A DNA stretch of 64,000 nt from Podarcis muralis (GCF_964188315.1 NC_135667.1:11594001-11658000); one strand, 5' to 3'. Positions 11,877-25,599 are shown, counted from the stretch's first letter. The notes: generated by a model not told the origin, from the sequence alone. Translations and numbers: made by a program.

Positions 11877-13180
11877 GAGTGACAACAGGAGTATACAGTG
11901 CAGCAGAGGGAGTTGGTGAGGGTTGGAGAGACAACTGAGGGGTTTGTAATGTGGAGAAGGTGGTTGGCAGAGCTTCAGACTGCAGAAGGCATCATTGTCA
12001 TCACCATTAGCTGCTGAGAAAACAAAGAAGTGGAAGGTGGTTCCTGCACTGGAAGAGACGTTAGCTGTACTTGACTGCTTGAGGGATGGCATGTCTGTGT
12101 GTGCAAAATTGTATGCAAAATTGGCCACAACAAATCCAGTATCCATGCCATCAAGGTGCATGAGAAGGAGATCCATGGGTCTGTGGCAGCAAGTCCAGCA
12201 TTGACTGCAGAGGTGACAGCCAGGTGCAGGACAAGGCTTTGGTGAAGGAAGAGGGGGCGCTGAACTTGTGGCTGGAAGACACGAACTGGAAATACATTTA
12301 TTTGGATGGTAGCATCTTGCGCCAATATGCTCCAAGCTTCTATGACCACTTCAAATCATCAACCAGCCTGTCAAAGTCATTTAAGCCCAGGTTGGCTTAA
12401 CGGCTTGAAGAGCCATTAAACCTGAAGGATATCTGAATGACAGACAAGGCTGCATCTGCAGACGGAGACGGGGAAAACAAACACTGTGCCAAGCACTTCT
12501 GGCTACTGGTCAACTGCCCTGGTGCTTATATCATATGAAGTGAGGGAGATGAGGAGGAAGACTAGGAGCTACATTTGTCCCTCAGCAGTAAGTGCAGCAA
12601 TTTATTATTGATGTTTCACAACTTTAACCTGTTGCAGGATCTTAGCCAGACCCAGTTGAATATAGTAGAGCGTACACAGACTTCCAGAAGCAATCAGTTG
12701 CAGGCAGGTAGGATGAAGCAGGAACAAGACGCTGCTACCAGTAACTTGATTACTTATAGGTGTTTATTATTTACAGCAGACTCACAAGTAGCTATATACA
12801 GGATACAGACACGGATCTTAACTCTCTTACTGAACAAACTCCAAACGACTCTCAGAACACGCACTGACCAACCAACTAACCAACAAGGAAGGTCATGAGT
12901 CATCATGCCTATGCAGAGACCTCAACCAATAGCAGAGTTGTATCCAAGGTCCCATATCTCTAGGCAGAATAACTCCCTCTGCTCAGCCTTCTTGGCCTTT
13001 GTCCAACTCCTTAAATGCTTCTGTGGGAAGCTGTGTCAGATTGCACGTAGTCAAAAATCCCAACATTTATAGGATAGCTTTTTAATAGTTTTCTAGAGGT
13101 TGTTCTAGCCTTACGTGATTTTGCTTATACGTGGAATGGCGAGGATTGTAAACCCCATGTAAAATGTGAGATAGCTGTAG
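11215..13180 (+). mobile_element. Degraded Tigger/pogo-like DNA transposon (boundaries approximate)
   Basis: 11995-12350 translates, with frameshifts, to KKWKVVPALEETLAVLDCLRDGMSV...SIHAIKVHEKEI...ALNLWLED, an HTH-psq plus CENP-B-type HTH transposase N-terminus. Confidence 0.6.
11464..11761. mobile_element. hAT-like non-autonomous element nested in the Tigger relic
   Basis: Termini CAGGGGTCAGCAA and TTGCCTACCCATG; 8-bp flanks gcgtaggg/acgtaggt. Confidence 0.65.
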
Positions 13181-13206
13181 TTGTTGTTAATCTGTCACTT
13201 ATAAAA

Positions 13207-14112
13207 ATCTGTGTCATCTAAAGTCTTGGAACCACAAGGGTCATCCAGTCCAACCCCCTGCAAAACAGGAAGCTCAAATAAAGCATCAGTGACAGATGGG
13301 CTATTTAACCTCTGCTTAAAAACCTCCAAGGAAGGAGAATCCATAACCACCCAAGGGATTCCATTCCACTGTTGAACAGCTGTGTCAGAAAGTTCTTCCT
13401 GATATTTAGTCAGAATTTTCTTTCTTGTATCGAGTCCTACCTCCAGAGCAGAAGAAACAAGTTTGCTCCATCTTCCATCTTGACAGCCTTTAAAATACTA
13501 GAAGATGGCTATCACATCTCCTCTCACTCTCCTCTTTTCCAGACTAAACGTATCCAGATCCTTCAACTCGTCTTCATAAGGCTGGGTTTAGAGACCCTTG
13601 ATCATCTTGGTTTCCCTTCTTTGCAAACATTCCAGCTTGTCAATAGCCCTCTTAAATTGTGGTGTTCAGAACTGGATACAATATTCCAGGTGTGGTCTGA
13701 CCAAGGCAGAATAGAGTGGTACCATTTCCCCCGCTTGACACTATACATCTGCTGATGTAGCCTAGAATAGCATCAGCCCCCCCCCCTACACCACACTGTT
13801 GAGTCATGTTATCCTTGTGGTCCACCAATATTCCTAGATCCTTTTCACATGTACTGCTAGTAAGCCAGGTGTCCCCCATCTTATATTTGTGCAACTGGTT
13901 CTTTATGCCTAAGTGCAGAACCTTACATTTGCCCCTGTTGAAACTCATTTTGTTAGTTTGGGCCCAGTTCTCCAATCTGTTAAGAACACATTGAATCTTG
14001 ATTCTGTCTTCTGTGGCATTAGCTACTTCTCCCAGATAGGTGTCATCTGCAAATTTGATGAGCATCCCCTTAATTCCTTCATCCAAGTCATTTATAAAGA
14101 CGTTGAACAACA
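13207..14112 (-). mobile_element. CR1 LINE 3' fragment
   Basis: LFNVFINDLDEGIKGMLIKFADDT...CKVLHLG...[10 protein letters not shown] is CR1 RT; CR1 3' UTR at ~13230-13270. Confidence 0.9.
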
Positions 14113-14321
14113 ACAGTATCCTGTGGCATCCCACTTGTCAATTTTTCCATTCGGTATATGTATTTTAAAAAATATCCTAATTCCCACATTTGTGACAAAC
14201 TTCCTAATTTTATTCTTTTATTTCTTTACTTATAATTGAATGCTAGCTCACATGACAAATCAGCACAGTGCACAACACTAAACAATTTGCAAAACGAATA
14301 CTTTGTAATAGGAAACCCTAC

Positions 14322-15206
14322 CTGCCAAGGTTCTACATATCGCAGGGCAAGTCTTCCCCCAGCAGCTCTTCCTTTGTGGATGGCTCCAGCCAAATGCATG
14401 CTATTCAAGGCATGTGCCAAAGCATAGACAGCATTATAGATACTGTAGCTGTGACCAGTCATGCTCATTTCAAAAACTGGTGCAGGGAGGCTCTCCAGCA
14501 TTTCCTCTCCAGTACATGCGGCACGAATTACTTTTAAGAGACTGGAGTTTGAAACTAAGCAACTGTATGCATGTTCCCAGAAATCTTTGATAAAACCATT
14601 TCTCCCCATCCAATCAGGATATATGTCCTGAAGAAAGTCTTGAAAGTTGTGAATCTCCTTGGAGTGAATCGCAAAGGAGATAGCACCATGGAACATTTGT
14701 GTATCAAAATAAGCAAATTTTTGAAGGACATATAATATGAAATCAATTTGGGCTGTTGTAATCCACACTTTTCCTGCCCGTAACTTCTTAGGAGAAAGTA
14801 GTAGCTCAGCTACCTCCATTGTCTTTATAGCACTTGACAACCATATAATAGATAGACTTTCTCCATATATAAGAACTGCGTTGGCTTTGCTCTTCATGAA
14901 ATTTGGTAACAAAACCCTTTTTTCACCCAGCGTTTCTAGCACGTTACCGGAATAATGCATATTTGGTTCGACTCGTTCTGTGAATTCTGAACAGATTCCA
15001 TTCTTGAAAAGCATTGGTTCAATTGTCTCTAAGAAGCGCTCTCCGGCATCATTAGCTGGAGTGATGAGCCCAACCCATTTCCACCTGAAATGCAGAAGTA
15101 ACTGAATAATTCCCTGATACTGAAGGCCTTCACTGGGGACCATGCGGTAAAAAGAAGGAAACTTGGTTTGATGATTTATGGCTGGTTCAAATGAGCCATA
15201 TGAAAT
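14322..15206 (-). CDS. V2R gene B exon 3 (885 bp, ligand-binding lobe)
   Basis: Lies within ORF 14226..15254; ISYGSFEP...VEPWQ; AG/GT boundaries. Confidence 0.95.
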
Positions 15207-15899
15207 CTGAAAAAGAGAAAAGCCAACACTTTCCAAATGGAAACAAGAACTCATGCTATTCCAGTTTCTTTGAATAGAAATAGAAATCCTATATAACCGA
15301 AATGCGCTAAGTTTAGGGAAAGCAGCAACCTCAATTTATATATAAAAACACAGAGAACCTTGCTCAATTGTATCTGCAGATATTTAGTATTGTTATTGTT
15401 ATTATGGCATCATCACAGCTATGCTTGTACACATTGACAGAGAGCAGCGTTTATCATTGTTCTATTAAATGTCTTGCTAAGTGGATTGAGAGAAACTCCA
15501 AGGTGGAGGTGCAGCAACAGAAACTATTGATCATGTTCTTTTGCTCTGTAACCTTTATAGTGACAGTAGAGAGAGGTTGATGCTCTATCTACTAAGAACT
15601 CATCCAGGAAGATCTACAGTATTCGGAAATCCTGAAGCTCACCATAAGATTATATATGTTATTGTTCTCTGGCCACAATAAACCACATCATATAAAATAT
15701 CCCTAAAATACAAAAATACAATACCAATCATTTTCAGCAAAACTCAAAACAACTGTAGTGAAATCCAGCAATGCAGCAAGACAGCGTAATACTGGCATCT
15801 CTGTATCTCTCTCTGAAATGCGAAAGGCAAGAACAATAACAAGAAAACAGTGTTTGTAATTAGCCTCTGAAAGTGAACAGCGCTGAATAATATCATACT

Positions 15900-16060
15900 T
15901 CCCCAGGAAGGGAATTTCAAAGGAACATTCTTAGTTAATGTGTCCTGAGTTATTTATGCCTTTGTACACCAGTATCAATGTCATAAATTGAGATTGGTAG
16001 CTCACAGGCAGCCAACGCAGTCCTTTCAGGATTGAAGTAATATGGACCAATCTAGGTGCC
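15900..16060 (-). mobile_element. L2 fragment
   Basis: HITSILKGLRWLPVSYQSQFMTLILVYK is the L2 ORF2 C-terminus. Confidence 0.7.
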
Positions 16061-16307
16061 TCATTTACGAACCTGGCACCTTTGCAACAATCTTCCATTA
16101 CAACTATTAAATACACATCACCCTTCTTACACAGATTGTTGGATATGCATACTACGCCCCTATCCCAAATATATCCACATATTACATCCCCTTTTCCTTC
16201 TTCCAATTTAACACTCCATATTTATGAATTAGTAGATTCCTACTGCAAGGAAACGATAACAGTGAATTATGGTACAAAATCTCCATTTCCCAAAACCCAT
16301 ATTCTAC

Positions 16308-16599
16308 CTGCGGAATCTTGTAAAGGCCTAACACATTTGCCATGCACCAGGTAGTATCAAAGCCAAGTCCCCCAATGACTCCTATGACATTTTTCTGGAT
16401 AACACAGTTGTAGTTGGGAAGAAAGTGATGCGATTTAAAGAGCAGGTCCAAAGTGGTTCGGTATGTCATTCTTGAATTAAAATAGCTATCATAGCTGTGG
16501 AACCCAAGAGAGACATTGGGCAATATCCTGGGATTCTCATTGATTTCATAAACAGCAAATACGAAGGCCAGCATGTGCTGGTAAAACTTTGTCATCACC
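16308..16599 (-). CDS. V2R gene B exon 2 (292 bp)
   Basis: TKFYQHMLAFVFAVYEINENPRILPNVSLGF...KIPQ; AG/GT boundaries. Confidence 0.95.
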
Positions 16600-17329
16600 C
16601 TGCAAATGAAGTGAGTTACCATTTCACGGGAAAAATTAAACAGTGTACATAACCTATATATAAGAGTTTAATCTGCCTGCCAACAAAGAGGCAGCACAGC
16701 TGGCAAGGATTATTTGGGGGGTTTTTAAGACAATATTCAGACACTGCTGTTTCTTAAAGAAAAAAATCAAAGTGTTCTCTACAGTTGCTGCACACTTTGT
16801 TGACATCTTCATGAAACTATCTATTGATGATTTCTTACAACCAGTTGAGACCCCATGAGCATAGAAGTGAAATTACTATTTTAGGTCCATCACTTAACAC
16901 TTGCTTACAGTGAATTAGGTTTGCCATTTCAAAGCCCAAGCACCCAGTTTTAAGAGATCGTTTTGGAGCTCTTTACAATCCTTGTTTGTTTTCTCTATCC
17001 TGAACATTTTGGTATCATAAGCAAAACTGAGTACCTCACTTTTTGGCTGTATGTAGAAAGGCTCTTTTAAAAAAAATCTATCCCCTTTCTCTTTCTCCTA
17101 CTCCCTTTTAATTCTGTCTTTACAGCATTGGATTAAAAAAGCACTTAATGTTAACTGACAGTATGTGCATAGCATATGTTCATGGAGATTTCTAATAATC
17201 CCCCCCCCCCCAATTCATTTAAAAACTAAAGTTCTAATGCTATTTCCCTGCCAAATCAATCAAAGCTTTCTTCAGTCAGATATAATGTATAAACAATAAA
17301 TAAAATAACCTTAAGTACCGGTTACTTAC

Positions 17330-17550
17330 ATTGGGATGCCAATGAAGGTTTGAAAAGGGTGTTTCTTGAAGGATAATTTGGGGACTATGTAATAGATATG
17401 AGATGCTATTGCACCAATGACCAGGTCACCTGGCTCATGCCACTCGTGTGGAACAGGAATAGGGTAATTTGTTGTGCATGTAACACTTTGGACTTGGGCC
17501 ACCATATTGGGGAGCAGCAGAAGCAGCAGGAGCAACATCCTTCTATGCAT
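17330..17550 (-). CDS. V2R gene B exon 1. Whole gene B: 221+292+885+228+127+905 = 2658 nt = 885 aa plus stop, intact
   Basis: ATG, poly-Leu signal peptide, HEWHEPGDLVIGA, gtaagt donor; all intron phases are compatible. Confidence 0.93.
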
Positions 17551-19100
17551 AGACTCCTCTATTTCCCTCTACAATTATTACTATCACCCACCTGCTTCAA
17601 ATAAGATAGATTTGGGGGCAGTTGATACTGCTAATTTGGTACTTAAACAGACATGTGCCCAACTTATTGTTAACTCAAACTCTGTCACAATATAATGGCA
17701 TGGGTGACAAATAAGATACATGCCTCAAATACATAATTTGATTCAAGACTTGAAAGAGGGTTGAAAGAGGGAAACTGATAACTGACAAGTAACAGAGCCC
17801 AGCCTGTCTCCCCACCCCCTTACTACAGCTGTATATGGAGCACTGAAGAATTTATAATCATGTCAGACTTGCTCGTTGATTTTTTTTCCCACCCTGATGT
17901 TTTGGCCAGGAGAATTGATTATGGTAATTTTAATAATTACAGGGGAGAAAATCACTTGTGCAGTGCTTTTGGAGTCTATGGCGCATCAGCAGTAGGGGAT
18001 GACAATTTGTCACATCGTATTTGTCACATTACAGAATTAAAGATTAGAATTGGACCTGCAAGGTCATCTAGTCCACTCCGTGCCAATCCTTGACATCCAC
18101 AAGTAATAACAATAATAAAACCCACTGATGGGCAGGCATCAATCCACTTCCTAAAAATCCCTTCCTAAGAATATTTTTAGAATTGAACCCATCCAATCCT
18201 TTCCCCGCTTGCCTAATTTGTTACAGCTGGGGGCTGCTACACTCCTCCACCTATGTAAGATGTATTGGACATTGTTTGCTACCACACTAATGGCATACTG
18301 GAAACAATTCTGGAGAGAGTTCTGACATTATCAGGAGGTAGGGACACTGGTTAATAGTGTCTAACCACTTTAGAAACAGCACATCTGATCTGAGGCAATC
18401 TGACATGGTTGAGAAGCTCCCTGCCACCAGTCTTTCACTCAGATAAGAAATGTAATTCAGCAGACTGAAAGGCTTGTCCTACTAATGTAAATCAAGAACA
18501 TTTAATATTGTTCCTCTGTATATTGTTGCACTATGGATACCCTCATCCTTGATAATAATGGTCAATGGTAGGGTGATAGGAGTTCTAGTCCAACAATTTC
18601 TGGAGCGTCTTAGATTGGCTATTCCTGGTGTAAAGGAAGTTGTGGTATGTAGAGAAAGGTCTCATGCTTTGTGTGATCTCTTTCAGAGCTACTTCAGATC
18701 TTAGAGCCTTCTGTGCCTGGAGCACTCCCTAAAGCCAAACCAGTCATTTAATCCATCCTGTGTCTACTCAGGTGTGAGATTCAAGAAGTGTAGAGGTACT
18801 AGTTCACCCTATGTGCAGATGATTTTGCAGCTCTCCAGAATTTTTCCTGTGCCTAGACTGATCTGCTTCAAATGTCTTATTGAAAGTGATGTTGGATCTT
18901 ATCCACAGTTTCATTCCTTCACACAGTCCCAATTCAAATAAAAGACATATGTTCCTATGTGGAATAGCAAGAACATAAATGATAAGATGAATCCTTCTAT
19001 TATTTATATTTTTTCAACTTCCTGACTAGGAAAGGTGCAATGAGACTGTGAATTGTCAGCAAGGCCAAGTAGCCTAAGACCCAACAAAAACTTCTGTCAT

Positions 19101-20002
19101 TTATATCTTTCTCCGTATCAATTGCTCTCTGTTGTTTAACTCAGGCCTCATCACAATAATGTAGCATTTAGGGGAAAAGATGCAAGCCAGTAATCCAGCA
19201 CTGGAAGCCAAGATGGAGAAGATCTCCACAGCCACCATGTATTTTCCTCTGGTGCTCAAGTATGTGGGAATAAAGGAGAGCCAAACACTGCAAAAGACCA
19301 GCATGCTGAAGGTGATGAACTTGGCTTCGTTGAAAGTGTCAGGCAACTTCCTGGCTAGGAAGGCCACCGTGAAGCTGACAATGGCCAGGAAACCCATATA
19401 ACCCAAGACACAGTAGAACATGAAGACTGACCCTTCATTACATAGAAATATAATTCCTTCCCTCATTGAGTGCATGTCCACATCGGGGAATGGAGAAGAG
19501 ATTGTCAGCCAGAGTGCACATATCACTACTTGAGTTTTAGAGCAGCAAAGGACTATGGAATAAGCCAGTCTTTTCCCCACCCATTTCCTGATAGAAGATC
19601 CTGGCTTAGTAGCCATGAATGCCAAAACCACTGATATAGTTTTGGCCAAGATGCTAGAGAGGGCCACAGAGAAGATGATGCCAAAAGCGGTTTGTCGGAG
19701 AAGGCAGGTCACCTTATTAGGTTTTCCAATGAACAACAAAGAACAGAGGAAACACAAGAGGAGGGAGATGAGGAGAATGTAGGTGAGGCTTCTGTTGTTG
19801 GCTTTGACTATGGCTGTATCCCGATGCTTAATGAAGATGCCCAGCACCAGAGCTGTGATCAGGGACAATAAAAGTGCAGTGGAAGTTGAAACAATGGCCA
19901 GCACATCATCAAAAGCTAAGAAGTTTGGTATCTTAGGAATACATAGATCCTGGCCTTTGTTTGGGTATAGATCCTTTGCACAACTTGCACAATTTTCTAA
20001 AT
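19101..20002 (-). CDS. V2R gene C exon 6 (7TM domain)
   Basis: Lies within ORF 19101..20081; acceptor before DLENCASC; class C 7TM motifs; TAA stop. Confidence 0.96.
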
Positions 20003-21429
20003 CTGAAAAGAAGTTAACAAAATATTGAACCAGAATAGTTCCGAATATTAAAATCTGTAGCAGCAGCAGTCCACCAAACATTATATTTCATCATGCAAAT
20101 TTTGACACCTTTCTGCCCAAGATGCCTACAAATCCTGCACATAGTCTGGAACTTTCAACAGAAGCAGCATGTGTGTCCTAGATGTACAAGCATTCCCTCA
20201 TAACCTGCTTTTAAATACGATAGGTTCTTTATTCCACATATTAACGAGGAATTACAGTTTGCATAATGAGTGCCATCCCACCAAATCATACTCAAAGTAG
20301 TCCCACTGAAATAAATAGACTTAAGTAATTTGAGGTTTTCCACTATGAAGTGGTTTATAAATTTTATGAAATAAATACATAAATTGATTTCAGTGGGTCG
20401 ATTCTGAGTATTACTATTGCCCAATAAGTTTTAATACTAGAAAATCCTGATCCCTTATTTTTTAATCCTGAATAATAACGGCATTTTTACTAGCCCTCTT
20501 GTTAATGCCATAAAATCTTTATGCGATGCTCATAGTGATTCTTATGCAATGACTGGTTTCTGTTTGTAATATTAATCCCTACATGTTGTACTAGTTTGGC
20601 TGATCTGTGCTGCATAAGTTTATTTTTTTATATAGATTCCCAATTTATCTCTACTTAGACTTTCATAACTTCTCATTCTTGTTTCATGGCAGATCACAAG
20701 CTGAAAGGAAGGACACAGCCAGCAACAGGGTCTACCATAACTTTTGTCTGGGTGCTCATCCCTTGTCAATATGTATCGAGTCTTGCCCATGTTTTGCATA
20801 ACACTGTGTCCCATGTGATTCTTCTCTCACATGCTTGGTCTGAATGATTTCAAAATAGCAATTCATTATCCTCCAAGTATAAGTCCGCTTTCTAGTGTAT
20901 TGAAATGTTCCAAAAATGTACAAGCATTCCTATGGTACTTGATATTTTGTCTTGGGCAAGCCTCCTTTTATCATCCTGAACAACTTTTGCAAAACTTGAA
21001 CTTTCTCTCTTTTATGTCTTCTTAACCCAAGTTCATCCTCAGTTGCTGGAAACTTCTTAAGTATCATAATTGCTTCTCAAGGTCCCCTTCCTCTTTGACA
21101 TTTGATCCTAGTAAGAATGTCTCCACTGCATGCATTTCTTTCTCTGGATCATAAGTGTTTTTCAGAATACTTTCTCATACACAAAGCAATTGATTTTTGC
21201 AATGTGTCTGAGACTTCAGCTAGAAGCTTTTCCATTATGGGTTGGATTGAGATTTATGGTTTATCCAAAATTCCTCTTCTCTCTCAATACCAGAAATTAA
21301 ATATACCATCAATGGAAGCTCCTTTTATGGATTCTAAATCTCAGGTTCAGCCATTATTACACTATGCTAACTGTGAATTTGTTTGTGTTAAAATGTATTA
21401 TATGCACAGTATTTTCCTGAAGATGACTA

Positions 21430-21663
21430 CAGTAGTACTTTGGGTTACATACACTTCAGGTTACAGACGCTTCAGGTTACAGACTCTGCTAACCCAGAAA
21501 TAGTACCTCGGGTTAAGAACTTTGCTTCAGGATGAGAACAGAAATCGTCCTCCGGCGGCAGCAGGAGGCCCCATTAGCTAAAGTGGTGCTTCAGGTTAAG
21601 AACAGTTTCAAGTTAAGAACAGACCTCCGGAACGAATTAAGAACTTAACCCGAGGTACCACTG
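21430..21663. mobile_element. Tc1/mariner-type MITE, same family as 9851-10076, opposite orientation
   Basis: CAGTAGTAC...GGTACCACTG termini, TA TSD. Confidence 0.85.
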
Positions 21664-21832
21664 TAACAGAAAATATGAAGAAACTGTACCTAAATGAACA
21701 CTGAGAACAAGGTACAACAACATAATTTTAAAAAATGTGCCAAGTTAATTATAACAAACTTGCAAAACAGCCTCTCATATTTTACTTCAGTAACTTGGGC
21801 AATCTGGTCTACCATGAAATAGCATGTCCTAC

Positions 21833-21959
21833 CCTTCTCGTTTGAGACCATCCCGTCTGGACATGGAGCACAATCATAGCAGCAAAATTTCTCTCCTTCT
21901 CTCTTTTTCTTCCCATAACCAGGTTGGCAGATGCCATTACATTCTGAAAGGGGTGGCAC
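21833..21959 (-). CDS. V2R gene C exon 5 (127 bp)
   Basis: VPPLSECNGICQPGYGKKKREGEKFCCYDCAPCPDGMVSNEK; AG/GT boundaries. Confidence 0.95.
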
Positions 21960-23337
21960 CTATCCAAAGATATTGGAAATTTAGCATTGAATAAAGTTAA
22001 GGGAAGAGTTTAGTATTAAATAGTTTGTAGAATTCTTCTTCCATCTGATATCTATCATGCTTTAAGCAATAGTACACAGGGGGCACATTCCTTCCGTATT
22101 CAAACTCAGAAAGATTCAAAGTTCTATACGTAGTCTTACAAATGGATTAAAACTAGATTTGCATTTCATTGGATGTTACAAACTGAAGGCTTGACTCATA
22201 AATCTCACATAAAGTAATGACAGGAAACATCTATTTTCTGTAATATATATTAGGCCCTGCCAAAATTGTGTTGCCATTCCTTATTTCTTTATACCTTTTT
22301 ATACTGCACTATCAGGCAATGTCCTCTCTTGGTGGCTTAAAAACATACACCATATGCAAATACAATCTCAATAAACCAATATTATATAAAACACAACCTA
22401 CAACCTCTAAATCAGCTTATATCAGCAGCCAGGTGGAACGGAAGGGTTTTCATCCTATTTCTGAAGGACAACAGTGACAAAGCCAAATGAACATCTCAAG
22501 GGAAGTATTTCCATAGATCAGGAGCCACCACAGAAAACATCCTGTCCCTAGTAGCTGTGTATGTACTGAACTCGTTTAAAGAGTAGCCTAAAAAGCAGAA
22601 CTGCCAATAATGATCTTAAGGAGTTGGGCGTGCTCACGTGCATAAAGAGAGTTCTTCAAATGATAGCTTGCCACCAATGAAATATTCACTTTTCATATAA
22701 AAGCCATTTCTGCAATATGACCATAGAATATGGCATTCCAATGATGTTCAAATTTAATCATGCATTATGTTAAGAAATGCTTTTTTTAAATTACAAGCGA
22801 CTCTCCAAATTGTGGGGGAGGGGCTACGTTTTGGGCTCCCCCACACATAAGTGAAATGCATGTAAGTGGGGAGCATCCTGGAGAGTTGCCATGGCTCGTG
22901 AGGCGATCCTCCCCAGAGCCCATCAGGTGGGGAGGCTGAGAAGCCTCAACAAAGCCCCACTGTGCCTCTGGCTTTCAAGAAGACCCTTTCCAGAGCCTTA
23001 AGAGCAGCACCTTTCCCCCCCAAGAGGGTACACAAGGGTATGAACTGGCACCTCTTTTTGTATTGTTTAAAAGTGTGGCACTTACTGTAACAGCTTCGTG
23101 ATGAGTACTGGCACCTATTTTTCCAGAAAAACCCCCACTGCCTAAGAGGATGTTCTTTTGGGCTACGGGGAGAGTCTCCTCGTGAGCCATGAGGACTTTC
23201 CAGCTCTTTCCTGACACTTCTGGGTTACCCGTACTGCACAAGTATGCAGACATATCCAAATAGATTGTGCATAAGTGGGGAGTTGTTTATACTTCATATC
23301 ATTTTCTGGATGACAGTGAATACCTGAATACCAGAAG

Positions 23338-23654
23338 TTGTGTCTCCACCCCCATCATTCTGCCCATATACTGAGGTCCAGCTTCGAGGGCCTTCTGGCA
23401 GTTCCCTCAGAGCAAGAAGTCAGGTTACAGGGGACCAGGCAGAGGGCCTTCTTAGTAGTGTTGCCCGCCCTGTGGAATGCCCTCCCATCAGATGTCAAGG
23501 AAATAAACAACTATCTTGACTTTTAGAAGACATCTGAATGCAGCCCTATTTAGGGAAGGTTTTAATGTTTAACTTTTTGTTTTGTTTTTAATAACCTGTT
23601 GGAAAGCGCCCAGAGTGGCTGGGAAGATATGGCTAGATGGGCGGGGTATAAGTA

Positions 23655-23704
<50 letters not shown>
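23338..23704 (+). mobile_element. L2 3' fragment with (AAT)n tail ending next to the gene C exon-4 donor
   Basis: LHPHHSAHILRSSFEGLLAVPSEQEVRLQGTRQRAF...; (AAT)n at ~23656-23704; absent from gene D. Confidence 0.85.
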
Positions 23705-23705
<1 letters not shown>

Positions 23706-23720
23706 TGCATTATTATCCAC

Positions 23721-23948
23721 CTGAGTCAAACTTCTGTGCCATTCAATTCTGGCCTCATCAATGGTGAATTCTTTCCCAGGAGGAGCCTGAGGGTCCAGCC
23801 TTCCCACTTTGACTCTGACATAGGATTTATTTGGGAATGTGATCAAATTTGTAATATCAAATCCAGCGTCCAATTCTCCATGTTCATTCAATGTAATTTC
23901 ATCTCCAGCACTGTTGTTGAATGACATTCCTTGAAGAAACGAGTGGAG
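23721..23948 (-). CDS. V2R gene C exon 4 (228 bp)
   Basis: LHSFLQGMSFNNSAGDEI...RSLTQ; AG/GT boundaries. Confidence 0.95.
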
Positions 23949-24318
23949 CTAAGTGGAAAGTGAAAGAGAATCAAATGGACTAACAAAAATAGGAATTGGT
24001 TATTGAAATAGCTTTCCTAGATGGATTTTACTTATTTTTCTTTTTCAGAGAACCTTTACACAATGGAAAGTTTCTGACTTTCAGTAGCCGACAAAGGAAG
24101 AGAGTGGAAAATCATGAATCACTTTAAATTCAGTTGAAGTTGCTGTCAAAAGAACTTTCAAAAAGAATAATGGAGGATAAGTTAGGGTATAAACATTATC
24201 ATCTGAAGGGAAGGGAAGAATCTGAAAAGCATGACAAGAGCTGGGTGCTCATGTTCTGTAGACATTGCTTTGTTAATGGAATATTGGTATCACAGAACTG
24301 TCAGTACAGAAACATTAC

Positions 24319-25200
24319 CTTCCAGGGTTCCACTTTCTGATAAAATAGCTTGTCTCCACCCTCCATTTTTCTGAAGTTGGCTTTAGTTGAGGAAGTCATA
24401 TGTAAGGCTTGTGCCAAAGCATAAACTGCATTATAGATACTGTAGCTATGGCCAGTCATGCTCATTTCAAAAAATGGTGCAGGAAGGCTCTCCAGCATCT
24501 CCTCCCCAGTACATTTGTCTGCTGGCACAGTGGAATTTGAAAGTGAGCAACTAAATGCTTGTTCCCAGAAATCGTTGATAAAACCATCTGCATCTGCCCA
24601 TGAAAGATTTATATTCTTAAGAAATTCTTCGAAATCCCGAAGCTCCTTTGCATGAATTGAGAAGCAGATAGAACCATGGAACATTTGTCTATCAACCTCT
24701 GTAATCTTTTGAAAAGTGTACAATGTAAAATCAATTTGGGCTGTCGTAATCCAAACCTTTTCTGGAGATAACATCTTTTTATACTGTGGATTGATTTGCT
24801 GAAGTATCTTGACTACTCCTATAACACCTCCCAACCATCGAACAGTTCCACTGTCTCCATATATAATAACTGCTTTGGCCTTGCTCAGCATGAAAGTTGG
24901 CAAATTATTCAGTAGGTCATCAACCATTTCAAGTACATTACCTGAGAAATATAAATGTTTCTGAACTCTTTCTGTGAATGCTGAACATATTCCATGCTTG
25001 GAAAGTATTGGCTCTATGGTCTGCAAGAATGTTTCTCCCCCTTTGTCGTTTATAGCAATGAGCCCGACCCATTTCCATCTGAAATGCTGAAGTAACTGGA
25101 TAATTCCCTGATACTGAAGGCCTTCATTGGGGACCATGCGGTAAAAGGAAGGGAACTTGGTTCCATCATTTATGGCTGGTTCAAATGAACCATATGAAAT
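24319..25200 (-). CDS. V2R gene C exon 3 (882 bp)
   Basis: ISYGSFEPAINDGTKFPSFYR leads in frame into ORF 24301..25137; ends VEPWK|gt. Confidence 0.95.
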
Positions 25201-25599
25201 CTAAAACAACAACCAGACATTTTAGAGTGGAATCAGCGGTCCATAATCCTTACATTTATTATTTTCCCCCTTTACCCTGAAATCCTATAAATTTCCAACA
25301 ATTTAAGCAAAACTCTGCATTATTTTATAGGGACAGACAGACACACCCACCCACTTTTGCTCACTCATATCACTTTGTGCAACAATTCCCCTTACATACA
25401 ATAGAGTTAATTTAATAGAATTCAGAAAGCCATCTTGCCCTTATCATTCACATCTCTGATTATCCATGTTATACCCCCCCAATCTGTTCCACTTAATTCA
25501 GCTTTTATTCTTTCCCATTCAAGTTCCTACTAGAAAAGGAGAAAGAGAGTGAAAAAGAGATTAAAGGAAATCCCTCTTATCCCCAGACTCAAATCCTAC

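Noticed and set aside
12630-13020. Possible LTR nested in the Tigger relic (TG start, antisense AATAAA)
   Set aside because: No convincing CA end or TSD could be found
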